From the NCBI GenBank assembly GCA_965649765.1, contig OZ287752.1, forward strand, positions 46,128,001-46,192,000: DNA of 64,000 nt, read 5' to 3'. This DNA is from Bispira polyomma (lineage: Eukaryota). Below the pieces are notes generated by a model. That model was not told where the DNA came from and made no database searches. It saw only the letters and a list, made by a program, of their open reading frames with translations. Below are positions 12,483 to 24,777 of the stretch, piece by piece (the first letter of the stretch is position 1; the number at the start of each line of letters is the position of its first letter). The position numbers were made by a program, and so were the translations under genes.

Positions 12483-15400
12483 AGTGGAAGGTAAGTATTT
12501 TTATTTATAAAAATTCTAATTACCATAAAATTAAACAAATTTCTATTGACGAAAAATTAAGCGAGACTTTTAAGAAATTTTGGGTCGAGAGAAACAGCAA
12601 TTTAGATGAAAGACGTTACTGAATGATCCGCTAAAACGCAATACTTCTGGGTAGAAAAAGCATGGTTCAGTTTGCTAACAAAATCTGCCAGGAAATGGGG
12701 CCAGTGCAAGATTTAAACCCAGATAGTCAGTATTTCATCCTTTCGACTGTTTACAGGGAAACTGCAGAAGTATTTCTGAATTTGTAGTAGCAGTGCTAGC
12801 ATCGTTCCACAATCTAGAGTATATTCAATTTTTTCCTGTATATGCCTTTTACATCGAAGATACCACAGATACCACTTCTATGTAGATAAAACATCTTACT
12901 GCTTAACTCCAACACCATTTAGAATCGTTTCAGCCCAGTATATATACAATTTCCTGTTTGGATCCAAGATAAGGTGAGGGGTCGATACAAGTCATGGCTC
13001 TGGCTTAAGGCTTAAGGATTAACCAGTTTTGTAGACTATTGGCATATCCAAAACATCACTTCCATACTAGCTTCTTTTTCTAAAGTTAGTAGATCTGGTG
13101 TAAAAGTTAGAATGGTTTATATTTTCATAGAATCGGAATTGACACCATCTTAAAACACAGACTTCCTAGGCCATCGGTTCGACTTTAAAGCAGCCTATTC
13201 TTTCCGACCCAGAAGAAGATCGATTTCTTACAGGAAAATATTGTTTCCATGTCGAAAGTACATATGACAACTCCAAGGAAGCTTATGTCTCTCATTGAGA
13301 GCATGGATTCAATGGAAAAGACTCCACCTCAGGGTCGTCTGCATTAGAGGCCGTACCAGTGGTATCTCAAGATGAATTGCAAGTTTCTTCAGTTGCTGGA
13401 TTTTCCAATTCCTCTGAGTCAGGTCATGAGGTCATATTTGGAATGGTCAGTCAAACCTTTCAAAATTTATTGATGGGTTCACCGCTTCATCAGAAGGACT
13501 TGAGACTTCTTCTGTTCACAGATGCTTCAGAGAAGGGCTGGATGTTTCATCTGAACCATTATACAGCAACTGCTCTGTGGAATCAGATGAAAACGAAGCT
13601 TCATATAACATTTTGGAATTTAAGGCAGTGTTTTGAGTTCTAAAGTAGTATTCTTAACTCAATAAACAAGGCATAACACATTCCGTGGAAATGTGTGTTT
13701 TTGTGTGGAGTTTTTTGGCATGAACGAATGCCACAGTCATTTAGATAACAGCCAAGCATATTCCAGGGAATTTGAATGTTTTGCCAGATGATCTATCTTA
13801 AAGAGACAGGTTGATTCAGACAAAATAGTTTCTGAATCCTCAGGTTACATGATTAGTCACAGTTGATATCAACCTGTAGTTGTTTTCTTTGTGAAAAATC
13901 ATAATTTCAAGCTGCTACTTTATGTCTCGTCTGTCCTGGACAATCAAGCTTGCAAATAGATAGTTGAACATTTCTTGGGAGGATCTGGATGCCTATGTCT
14001 TTGTCTAGTGGCTCTTATACATCAGGTGGCGCAACAGATGTTGGCTTACAGGTGCAGGGTGGTCTTTATTGCACCAGGGAGGCTAGAGATGCTGTTGGTT
14101 TTTGGGGCCTACAAAACCACTTATGAGGCTTCCATTATGGTGGAATCTGATGAAGCAGTCGTTCAGCAACGGATGTCATAGCATTATGGAATATCTGAAT
14201 CTTCATGTTTGGCACCTACAGTCAGACTTGAACATGCACACAAAGTTTCACATGAAATGACTATAAGGATTAACAAATCTCATAGATTTTCGTCCAGAAA
14301 GATCTATGAGTCGAGGTTTCATTTTTACAGATGTTGTAATCAAAAGTAAGGTGGACATCTCAAATATCCTTATACCAGATGTAGTAATTTTCCTGAATTT
14401 TTGTTTGGGGAAAAAGGATTGAAACCATCTACCATTGCAGGATATAGATCTGCTATTGTAGAGGATCTTGGTAGTACAGGGGAAACTATATTTAAGAGTC
14501 TAGACTTGAATTGACTTATTGCCAGTTTCTGTAGGGATAAGCCAGTACCAAATACATCCATACCAAATTGGGATTTGTCTCTGGGACTTCCTTTACTTAC
14601 TAAGGCTCTTTTTGAACCTTTAGGTAAGGCATCTCTCAAGATTCTGACTTACAAAACTGTTTTTCTTTTGGCCTTGGCTTTTGGCAAAAGAAGAATTGAC
14701 TTTTATTCTTGGACACATTATTCCTTACTTTTTCACCATCACCAGCTGTTTAGCTAAGAACAATTTGGCTTTTGATGGTCCAAAAGTTATCAAACAAGTG
14801 GCTATTCCAACTTTGAAACCTTTGTTTACATGGCAGTTTACTTGAGCATAGCTTACTTTCCCAGTCAGAGCTTTGAAGTTCTGCCTAGATAGAACTAGCA
14901 TCTTAGGAAAGAAATAAGAAACTCTTGTTTGTGGCTATTAAGCAAGGTCATAACAAAGTTTTCCTAATGTCACGATTTCCGGTTAGCTGAAACAAACTTT
15001 TTTTGGCATATGAAAGTCAGACAGTAAGACACACCATTTTATTGTCAAGTGAAAGCTCATGATAGTTCATCTATTGCTTCTTTGGCTTTCAAAGGTAGCA
15101 ATTCCTTGGATGATTTTGTCCATGCTTGTTTTTGGAAATCCCACAATTTTTCACCAACTTTTATCTCAAAGACCTTTGTTGTTATTATGGTCAAATGCTT
15201 CAGTTGGGTCAATTATGTCTGCACAGAATGTGTGTAGCATTATAAGTATGTCATTTTTATGTTCATATTATATGTGCAATCATCTCATTTGAGATGATTG
15301 CAGTGGTAACATTAGTAGTATGTAATTTTCATACTCATTTTTTATGTTTCCATTTATGTTGGGATGATTACACTTGTAACATTATATATATATATATATG

Positions 15401-16024
15401 TCTTTGATGCTCATTTGTTTGGTTGCATCTATGATTTTATTACAAAAGTATCTGCTGGTATGAATATTTAGGTTATTCTTTCATCTATTGTAGGATGAAT
15501 GGCCTACAACAGTTTTCTACATAGTCATGTCATTTGACTTTTGAGTGGAAGTTTATGATGCTCTTATTTGCAGATGACACTTCCTTTTTAGAGTCGAGGC
15601 AGTTCTTTCTGGTGGTAGTCTGTACATATGTAGATATGTTTAACAGTTTCTACCTGTAGATTTTTAAAACAGCTTCATACCTTGCATGTTGCTTAATGTT
15701 GCTATGATAAGTACATACATTTCCAGCATGATATTTTAAGCTCTAATAACAAGCTTGCTTGTGTAGTTGTGTAATGGGTCTGTCTATAGACTATGCACAC
15801 TGCTTTTAAGGTGGTAGGTGTTTTCAGTAAAATAATTCCCTCCATCTAATTAAACTGGATTCAGCTATATTGGAAAATGGTGGTAGTATTTCGCTATAAA
15901 ATTTAAAAATTTAATTTAAATTAGTTTTAAATTAATTTACAACAAAAATAATAAAGTAAACAAGTGGTCATGTGACCCTTTTGGCGGGAGGGTGGACTAT
16001 TGTATATACCCATTGGCTGGTTAA

Positions 16025-16210
16025 TGAAATGAAATAGTACATTTGTTATAGCGCACTTACAGAACACAGCATCCTTTGTAATGCGCTTCCTCACGGGCAG
16101 CCAATATGGGCGCCGAGGTGCTTGAGGATGACCATTTATCAACGTCCCCAAGGATCTTTTATCTGCCACTGAAGATATTACTCAGTCACAGAGGACCGCC
16201 ATTTTAAGTG
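16025..16210 (-). mobile_element. 5'-truncated SINE inserted in the DIRS right ITR
   Basis: Reverse complement of 18041-18240, with (TTTCA)n tail at 16025-16035. Confidence 0.9.
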
Positions 16211-16919
16211 TTATACCTTAATTTAAAGTACTATACCTTAAGTACTTTTCCTTAATTTTCGCATCTCTGTGTCGTATTTCTAATAAAAATTTTAATTAAA
16301 AATTAAATTTTTTAAATTGGCTTTATATTAATGCATTTCATTATAATTTACCTAAAAACGATTTATATACTTTTAATTTTGCACAACATACACCAAAACG
16401 TCAGATATTTACAACTTCTCTATTTGTCAAGAACTTGGGCCATATCCACGACCACAAAGACTAAATTCATTAAAATTATAGCTAGCTATTGTTTTTCTTC
16501 GCATAAACAACATATTACCCTAAAAACTATTTCAACAATTTGTTTTTTACTTAATTTTGCTTTAAAACCCCATAAAAACGATTTAATTTGCTGGCGATAA
16601 TATAAAATTTCAACGAATTTCCAGAATTGCCGAACATGCGAATTTGACTGTATCGGCTCCGAACCTTGTTTTTAAAAGCTAATCCGAGCAAACTTTCGAT
16701 CTTCTCGGCACTATTGTTTACATTATAAACACTGGACTAAAATAATATAATATGGATGTTTAAAGCAAGGGAAATAAGCTTTTATTAGGTAATTAATATA
16801 TATATATCACGTCTAGTACGTGTTTTTGGGTGTAAAATTGGGTGTTTAAAAGCTTTTTGCCACATTTTAGGGGTGGGCGATAATGCGAGATCAGGCGCTT
16901 CCGCGGATGATATCGGTAA

Positions 16920-17870
16920 ATTTAACAAAAGAGGCAGTTCTGTGGTAGACTGTATTATGACAGAACATTAAACTGTAAATTGATGTACTAAATGTATAGT
17001 TCATAAAGTTTATGATTTTATCAGTAAACCTAGTTTACAGAACATAATGTCAGATAACAGTAGAATCTCTGATCATTCAATAACAATGGTTGAATTTAGC
17101 AATGCCATGTTTTTACAACAAAATTCAGAGAGGCATAGAAAATACTTTTTTCAAAATACAAATGAAAATTTCATGAATAAAAATATCTAAAATTCTGCTC
17201 CTACTGAGTTTGGTAATTTATATGAAATAGATACTTATTTGGATTATAGGGATATTTGTAGAACTAGTAAATTTTTTTTAAAAATTTCAAACCATTTTGG
17301 AGTGAACAGTTAACTACAGCCTGGAAAGATATGCAGATGCAGAAAAAAGGTTTAGAAAATATAACAGTCATAGAAATGTTAAAAATTTACTTGTTTCATT
17401 GTGCTCGATATAACTTTGATAAAATGTTTAGAAAAAGTGAAAGAAACTATAATAATAATATATTAAATATTGAAAATTTAAGTAAGCCCAACCCTAGAGA
17501 CTTTTGGGGTAAAATCAGACAAATGGGTCAAAGTAGAGCTGACATTCCCCTTAAGGTTGAAAAAAATAGTAGTTTAATTACTGAACCAACATTGTATTGG
17601 ACACTTGGAAATCAGAATTTAAACAGCTTTACAATCCACAAGTTGATCATGTAAATGCAGATTTCTCAAAAGAAATCAATGCAAGGCAGTGTGAATTGGA
17701 CAGTAATTCCAAGACATCCGTTAATAGACCAATATTGATATCACAAGTCTAACCAGTAATATGATTTATGTAAAAATAACAAGACTCCAGTATGGGTATT
17801 GACCAAATTGCAAATGAGGTTATCAGAAACCCCAACATAACAAATCTATACCTCCTCACATTCATGTTCA
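16920..17870 (+). pseudogene. Decayed non-LTR retrotransposon ORF2 fragment (APE end to pre-RT)
   Basis: GSSVVD, SDHS, KPFWSEQL, NPRDFWGKIR and GIDQIANEVI motifs in order, with stops and frameshifts. Confidence 0.7.
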
Positions 17871-17890
17871 GTTAATGTTTTGTCACATTT

Positions 17891-18240
17891 GTGATCCCCC
17901 GTGGTCTAGTGATTAGGGTGTTGGTCTGATGATCCGAAGGTTCCCGGTTCAAGTCCCAGTACCAGCCACTAGTTTCATTTCGGTGGGATAACATCCTTAG
18001 GCAAGATGTGAACACAAGTTTGCCTAGTGGCTCGGATGACCACTTAAAATGGCGGTCCTCTGTCACTGAGTAATATCTCAGTACAGATACACTGAGTAAT
18101 ATCTCAGTGGCAGATTAAAGATCCTTGGGGACGTTGATAAATGGTCATCCTCAAGCGCCCATAGTGGCTGCCCATGAGGAAGCGCATTTGAAAGGACACA
18201 GTGTTCTATAAGTGCGCTATAACAAATGTACTATTTCATT
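17891..18240 (+). mobile_element. tRNA-derived SINE with Deu/Nin-like central domain and L2-like tail
   Basis: A box TGGTCTAGTG and B box GGTTCAAGTCC; CGGATGACCACTTAAAATGGCGGTCC...TTAAAGATCC resembles the Deu/Nin domain; tail GCGCTATAACAAAT; second copy at 16025-16210. Confidence 0.85.
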
Positions 18241-18829
18241 CTGATATACTTTCTATGCTAATTTTTGGTTTATTTGTTTGGCAAAAGTAAGACCTATAAA
18301 ATAAGCTAAAATCACAACCTTTTGTTAAATATATAGATTTATGTAGAATTTTTTTGTATATTCCAAAATTTCTTCTCTATCTGTTAACTTGTCCATCATC
18401 TTTTTGCAGTTTTCTCATATACTTACGTATATAATTAAATTTTTCTGTGTGAAAAAAATATTTAGTGCTTTTTCTCCTTCCTCCTACCATCTGACCTTTG
18501 ACCATAATATTGCCCCCTAAATTTTATATTTTTCTGCCTCCTCCAATAACTGTTTTGCTCTCTTACATTTTTCTAAAATGCAGCTTTGTCTGCTTTATCT
18601 AGATCTTCTAAATGTTTTAATCTTGCCCTTAAATTAATCTCTATTAACCTTTTCCCCTTTGCTTTTTTTTACTGTATAATGTACTAATTTTTCTAATTTC
18701 ATATTTTATCAATTCCCATACTTGTTGCTTATCTTTTTTATGTAGCCATTGTGGCAACTGGGCTATGAATTTTTATCTAGATGTTTACATCTAGATTATA
18801 TTATAGAGAGAATTCAATGTTTAGGACAG

Positions 18830-21800
18830 CACTTTTTACCATTTCCTTATATTATTTTGACTTCATTTTTCGTAGTGAATACTGTTTGGTACTAAGGATG
18901 AGGACCATCCTATAATATATCTATTTTTTTTTTAAATTTGTTTGTTAAATGCGTTTAGTACTTTGGTCTCGTAATTACCGCATTTTTCCTTATCTCTATT
19001 CACGCTTGAACGGCCAAGTAAACAAAGTTAGATGTACAAGGAAAAGCATGGGTTTGCAAATATATATATGATATATATACGCCTATACCGACAGGATACC
19101 TGTAAAATTTATGTAACTTGCTCCAAGTTGGGAGAACACACGCCTTTTGACTTTGGTTTCGACCGCTAGACGGCGCCACATTACAGTGTTTTTTTTTATT
19201 ATAAGTATTTCAGATACTCTAGTACATAAATTTCAATTATGTGCATAGTAAAAAGTGAAAAATGCTTCATTATTAGTATCGTTGGTATTGTTGATTCGAG
19301 GGTCTTGTAAATTTGATATTTTCTGTTTTTCTTCAATAACCAAATGTGTTTTATATCTCTTACATTACAGAATTAATATTTTAACAACTCTAGATTAAAA
19401 TACAGCTCCAAGAACGATCTTTTTCAATGTCCAGTAAGCCCATAAAGAAATGGCTCGCGAATCGACGAGACACAAGGCTAGGAAAGCAAGATGGATGGAA
19501 ATCTCAGTAGATGTACCCTTAAATTTATGTATATATATATCTTACCCCGTATGCACATATAGTTGCTTTAATCCATCACAATTTGTTTAGTTTGCGAGAT
19601 TTCCATAGCTTTAGGAACAGCCATTATTTGTTGTTAATAAATATACTTGCACACAAACAAATATGGCGACTGACCTACTTATATCACGTGATTGGCTGAA
19701 AATCTGGGCTGTTTCCAATGCGCGTGCGCATTAACTCCAGCATATCAAGTCAAAGGTCAGACCTCTCAGATGGATTAATTGAAGCGTAAGAAAAGTACCA
19801 AGCACCAACTTCCATTTAAGGAGATTAAACTGTCCATATACAACAGCAGTACATACAAATGGGCCGTGTATTTATCTATCTGTGTACTTACTAGTACACA
19901 ACTTCGGTTACTGCAAATATTAGAGTTAAAAGGTAAAGTATATAGATATATGAAAGAATATATATTACTTGTTTTATATATCAATTTTTTTTTAATATAA
20001 TTAACTAAATAACCCTGCCTCGTTGTACACCATTTCTACGCTTTAATTATTCTTATGATAAAATATATAATATACAGACACACAATGTTCTCCTATAATT
20101 TTCAAATCCAAACTTTGTTTTTAATATTCTCTGTATATGTGTCGGTTAAAAGTTCTGTTAATTGCTTCCTTCAAATATCATACACCAATATATGTTCCCC
20201 AGTCGAGGATATATACAAGGAAGAAACGTAGTGAATATATAAAATTATATATATCTACGCATAAAGTAGACTGATGAAACGGCCCATTTGTAGGCGTTTA
20301 ATTTCCTTATATGGAAGTTAGTACTTAAATCCCCTGTACTTTCTGCCATTTCTTGTAAGCCGCTATAACACACCACTTCTAACTTTGGTTTCGACCGCTA
20401 GACGGCGCCACACTACAGTCTTTTATTTGTGTACAAGGAAGACCTTAAACAGAAGATGAATTCTATTTTTTAAAACGATGGACGAGAAATGGCGAAAAGC
20501 CGAGAAATTGCCATAATTCAATAGAAACATTAATATTAAATGACAGTTTAAAAAAATATCACCTTATCTGCTCATATAGTGACTTAAATCCATTTAAATT
20601 TGTTTAGTTTGCGAGACTTCGGTAGCTTTCAAACCACCATATTTGTTGTTATTAAATACTAGTGAGCGGATGATCAAAGATCTGAAAATCTGGGCCGTTT
20701 CCAATGCGTGTGCGCATTAAGGTCAAGGGTGAGACCCCTTAACAATATTAATTGATTTTTTAATCCACCAATCAGGAACTCGCCCCATCGGAGACCTGGC
20801 CAACACCCTTACATCTAGACATATATACCTTGTAAGGAAGATAGACGTAAACAACAGCTGATTATTGTTTACAAAAAAGACACGTGGACTTCTATACATA
20901 GCGAACGCAGTTGAAATATGTATGTACTGAGTTACTGCGAGTATATTATACATTTGCAGAATAAGGAAATATTATGGAAATAACATGAAGATATGAGGCA
21001 AAATATTGTTTCTTACTTCTTTTTAGATTTCCATCTATTTCCTTTCGTTTTATTTCGATATATATATTTTTATAAACGTGAATCACATGTACTGTATATG
21101 AAACGTCATAATGACGTCACCAGAACTACTCCTCCATTAGCATTGTCCAGTAAATAACACTTCAAAATCTATCTGTGTACTTTTTTTTATTAATTGATAT
21201 GTATATATTTGGGGAATATTAAACAGTGTATTATAAAATGAAGGGGATATCAAGTAAGTATTTACCTGTATATTTATTCCTTCAATTTTCGTTTTAAACG
21301 AAAGCGTGGAAATGGTATGCAATGACACGTGTTGTTTACTATTCTGCAACGACCTTCACCCCAAGTATACATTCATATCTATCTGTGTACTTGTGCTTTT
21401 ATCTTTGAATTCGGAACATATATTAGTGTATGATATTTGAAGGAAGCAATTAACAGAACGGCTTCATGTTATGTTAAACTGTTTTAGTAAATTGTTGTTA
21501 TATACCTGAATATATTTCACATACATATTTAAACTACAATATATTTTATCATTTAAGGGTCTATTTGCAAGTAAGTATTTATTTTATGTTAAAGCGTTCG
21601 CTACGTATAAAAGTCCATGTGTCTTTTTTGTAGGTAAACAATACTCAGCTGTTGTCTCTGTGTACTTCACAGTATGTCGAGAAAACAATATATATTTAAA
21701 TGACGATGCTGTAAGCATATTGCCCTTGATATATCATTCTATTTTCGTTTTATTTGTTGTTAGTTTTAATTATTTCTAAAATTTGGAGTGGATAGAAATT

Positions 21801-22200
21801 GCCGACATTTTGCGAGATTTCTAAATCCTCTGTCGTTATCGCTTACATGTGCTTTTATTTATCCCGACGTTGGCAATATATATTCTTTCATATATCTATA
21901 TACTTTGCAAATACACAAGAAAGGGTAATATAATAATTATTATCAACGTTTTATTTGAGTAAACCGTATCGAATTGTGAAACAGCTGATTATTGTGTGGG
22001 AGTATATATAACGATACGTTTGAAGCACATGGCCCACGAAAGTAAACTATTTTGCTAGGATTTGAAGTAAAACATTGGTTCTTACTTCTTTTAAGATTTC
22101 CATCCATTTCCTTTTGTTTTATTTCGATATATAATATATATTTATTTGTCAAAGACGGGAATCCTATGTACTATATATAAAACGTCATAATGTCACCATT
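18830..22200. repeat. Patchwork of interspersed modular repeats, direct and inverted
   Basis: 18830-19770 and 20370-20800 match 57840-58510; inverted pairs 19800-19866/20280-20330, 20152-20200/21413-21460 and 20851-20908/21594-21652; direct pair 21003-21120/22073-22196. Confidence 0.75.
19163..19178 (+). promoter_or_regulatory. CTCF-like motif within a repeat (identical copy at 20395-20410)
   Basis: CCGCTAGACGGCGCCA versus the CTCF consensus CCRCYAGRKGGCGC; binding unproven. Confidence 0.45.
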
Positions 22201-22805
22201 CATTTATTCTTACCTTATGTATATTAGGCCTGTCGTATCTCCATTACACAGAATTCGAAACTAAAACTCAGCCAGATGATCTTTTATATATTTTACCATT
22301 TCCTTACACAGTTTTTGTTACAATTATATGACTTAAACGTATTAATTCCTTCAATTTGCTTACTAAATATCCCAGCTACTTTATCTCCATGTGTCTTCTC
22401 TACTACGCATTGTTTATTGTTATGAAGCGTCACATGTGTGTAATCAGCCAATCAGAATTGCTGATACAGTAACCAATAAAATCACTCCTTACAAACAAAT
22501 ATTGACCCTCAACAACCAAGATGGAGTTGTAGGTAAACAAAGCAACTTTTGTGAGCTACCAAAAATATAAAATGTTATTTCGTAGTTATTAATCTAAATA
22601 ATGGTCTCACATTTTGACAGAAGATGCAAAGGTATTTATTCTTTCTAAAAATATTTACTTTGTTGTTGAAGGGTGAGATTTCCATTGAACTTTTGTCATA
22701 ATTGTGACCAAAATACTACCAGTCCATTAATTCAGCCGCTAGTGACTGTAACTAGTAAATACAGGTGACGAAAATATCTAGTGTCCCCGCACTTCTAGTT
22801 ATCGA

Positions 22806-22994
22806 TCACTTAGCTTTGCCTTCGTATATTTTCACTTCCAGAGATCGATAATAGGAAGGTTGACGATACTTGTGTCTCAGATACTTCTGGAAAGCATTCA
22901 GGTCGGTGGCATGACTAGGCCACACATTTCTTGTTTTGTATTCTTCTTCCCTCAAACATCTCCTGTCAACCATATTTGATCCATGCTGATCCAA
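22806..22994 (-). pseudogene. Possible Tc1/IS630 transposase relic
   Basis: WPSHATDLNA resembles the WPxxSPDLNP motif; little other support. Confidence 0.3.
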
Positions 22995-23744
22995 ATTTAA
23001 TCCACCAATTTGACTGATGAAAGTTAATCCAGTATTTGTTTGTGAAAATCAACCTCGCCTGATCCAAAAAATACATTTTTCCTCAAATTTGATCTGATCT
23101 TACTATCACATTCATGATATAAAACACAGGTGGGGGAATTCTAAACTTCTTCCATGAAAAGAATCAGAAATCAGTTGTCACTGCCATCACTGTGGCTAAC
23201 TCGCTTGTTAATGTCTCTATACTACAGTCATTCTGAGGGGGTGGGCGATCGAGTTTCAGCTCCTTGCATTCTGGGATTTGAGGGGCAAAAAGATCCCTAC
23301 AAACGGCGTACAAAATTTAGGTATATCTATGTTGTAAGAAAGGTAACACAAATACACGCTCTAGAATACAATTTCATTGTTGGTGAGAACTATAGTGACG
23401 GATGAAAATTTCAATTGCTAAATGGCTGTATCTATATAAATACCTAGCCCAAAAATCCATAACTTTACCATTGCAGATACGTGAGAACCAGCCCACTGAT
23501 TCTTTGTTTTGTGTGTTTTTGCCCTGGTCAAAATTATCAGATAATTTTTTTTGTAACTGATAGGTAGCTGTATAAAAAATCTATCTTCGTCTGTCCTAAA
23601 TCAGAGCCCTACCAAATTAACATTTTGTTTCGTATTATCGCCCACCGAAGACGGTCCCCGATAGCGACTGTGTCCTTCTGAGTATTAGTGGACTCGCAAA
23701 TTTCGGGATATTGTAGGCGCATGCGCAGTCTTCACATTTTTTTA

Positions 23745-24545
23745 TCAAATTAGGTAGGGATTCCACCTAATATATTATAATGGGTGGTGGGGGAGGGGGG
23801 GTGGATTGAACTGGTTGCTGTTGGTTACAAAAATGGGACAACGTAATCTCAGAAGTTACAAGGACCTCAGCTTTCATATTTGTCATACATGTGGGGTCTG
23901 TTTCAAAAAGGCACCGTTTGTAAATTCGTGTTAATTCAGCTAGAATTGAGAGTGAAACAACCATTTTTTCAGCCATTCAACACACAAAGAGACAGGTCTG
24001 TAGGCCATTCTCAAACTGTGACATCATTTACTTGTTTAAGGCTTCTAGTCAATTTTCCGTCTTCGTGGAATAAATTAACTGATCTCATCGGCTGTTTCAT
24101 TGACAAATGGTTTTGCCTGTTTTCGTGAATGAAATTAGAGTACGGGGTAAGGTCACGTGATCTGCTGAGCATGCGCAGTGACACAATCGATACCTTTTTA
24201 CCAATTTATTTTCACAAAGACACAGAAGACTAAGTTCACTCTTGGTTGATCAATACACAAGACGTTGCTAGAACCTTCCAACGATCCTTAGATGTACTGA
24301 TTAAAACAAAAACCTCGATTGGCCAATAGTTCTGAATAAGTAAACTGATAAAATTCATTTGCTTTACAATATATGCATTTATATTTGACCTATTCTAAGT
24401 AGTTAACATATTAAATGCAAAATATTAAATAATTAAGGGATATTTATAGTTTTAGGATTAAAGAAGAGCTTAATTTTGTAATTCAGAAATTGCACACAAA
24501 CTTGCAATGTGCAGTAACATTCCATTGTCTGCCTTTAAAAGCATG
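23745..24545 (+). repeat. Interspersed HINE-like repeat
   Basis: Collinear with 60570-61310; partial copies at 54600-54770 and 55325-55580. Confidence 0.8.
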
Positions 24546-24707
24546 CATTTTTGCTTCTGGGTTCTGGCATTTTTAACACTACTGTTTAATTAGGTAATAT
24601 TTTGAAGTTATAAAGCTGTAAACAAAAATATATAAATGGAAACCAAAGCATGTTAGGATTATATAGTATCACATTTGAAAAGGTATATTTACGTAGTAGT
24701 TTTTTGT

Positions 24708-24777
24708 AGCTGTTTCCGGAAATACCAAAGAAAAAATCTTAATTGAGATCTTTCTCTTGATATTTCCGGAAACAGCT
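24708..24777. other. 70-nt near-perfect hairpin (tiny MITE or pre-miRNA-like)
   Basis: AGCTGTTTCCGGAAATA...TATTTCCGGAAACAGCT perfect 17-bp outer stem, imperfect stem to about 32 bp, about 6-nt loop. Confidence 0.75.

Larger units (their letters stand above)
5424..16315 (+). mobile_element. Decayed DIRS1-type YR retrotransposon (family A, copy 1) with nested insertions
   Basis: Left ITR 5424-5520 plus 7425-7509; right ITR 15940-16024 plus about 16231-16315; ICR about 15863-15935. Relics of gag (8270-8950), RT/RH (12530-13800, LLLFTDASEKGW), MT-like (13800-14200) and YR (14330-15200, WDLSL..FEPL..LTYKTVFLLALA.GKR, KAHD, ACFWKS). Collinear with 28149-34334. Confidence 0.88.

Noticed and set aside
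17891-17965. tRNA gene
   Set aside because: Imperfect cloverleaf and continuous with a SINE body that has a second copy in the window.
20271-20310. CTGATGA hammerhead candidate
   Set aside because: No GAAA after the stem; it is explained as one arm of an inverted repeat module.
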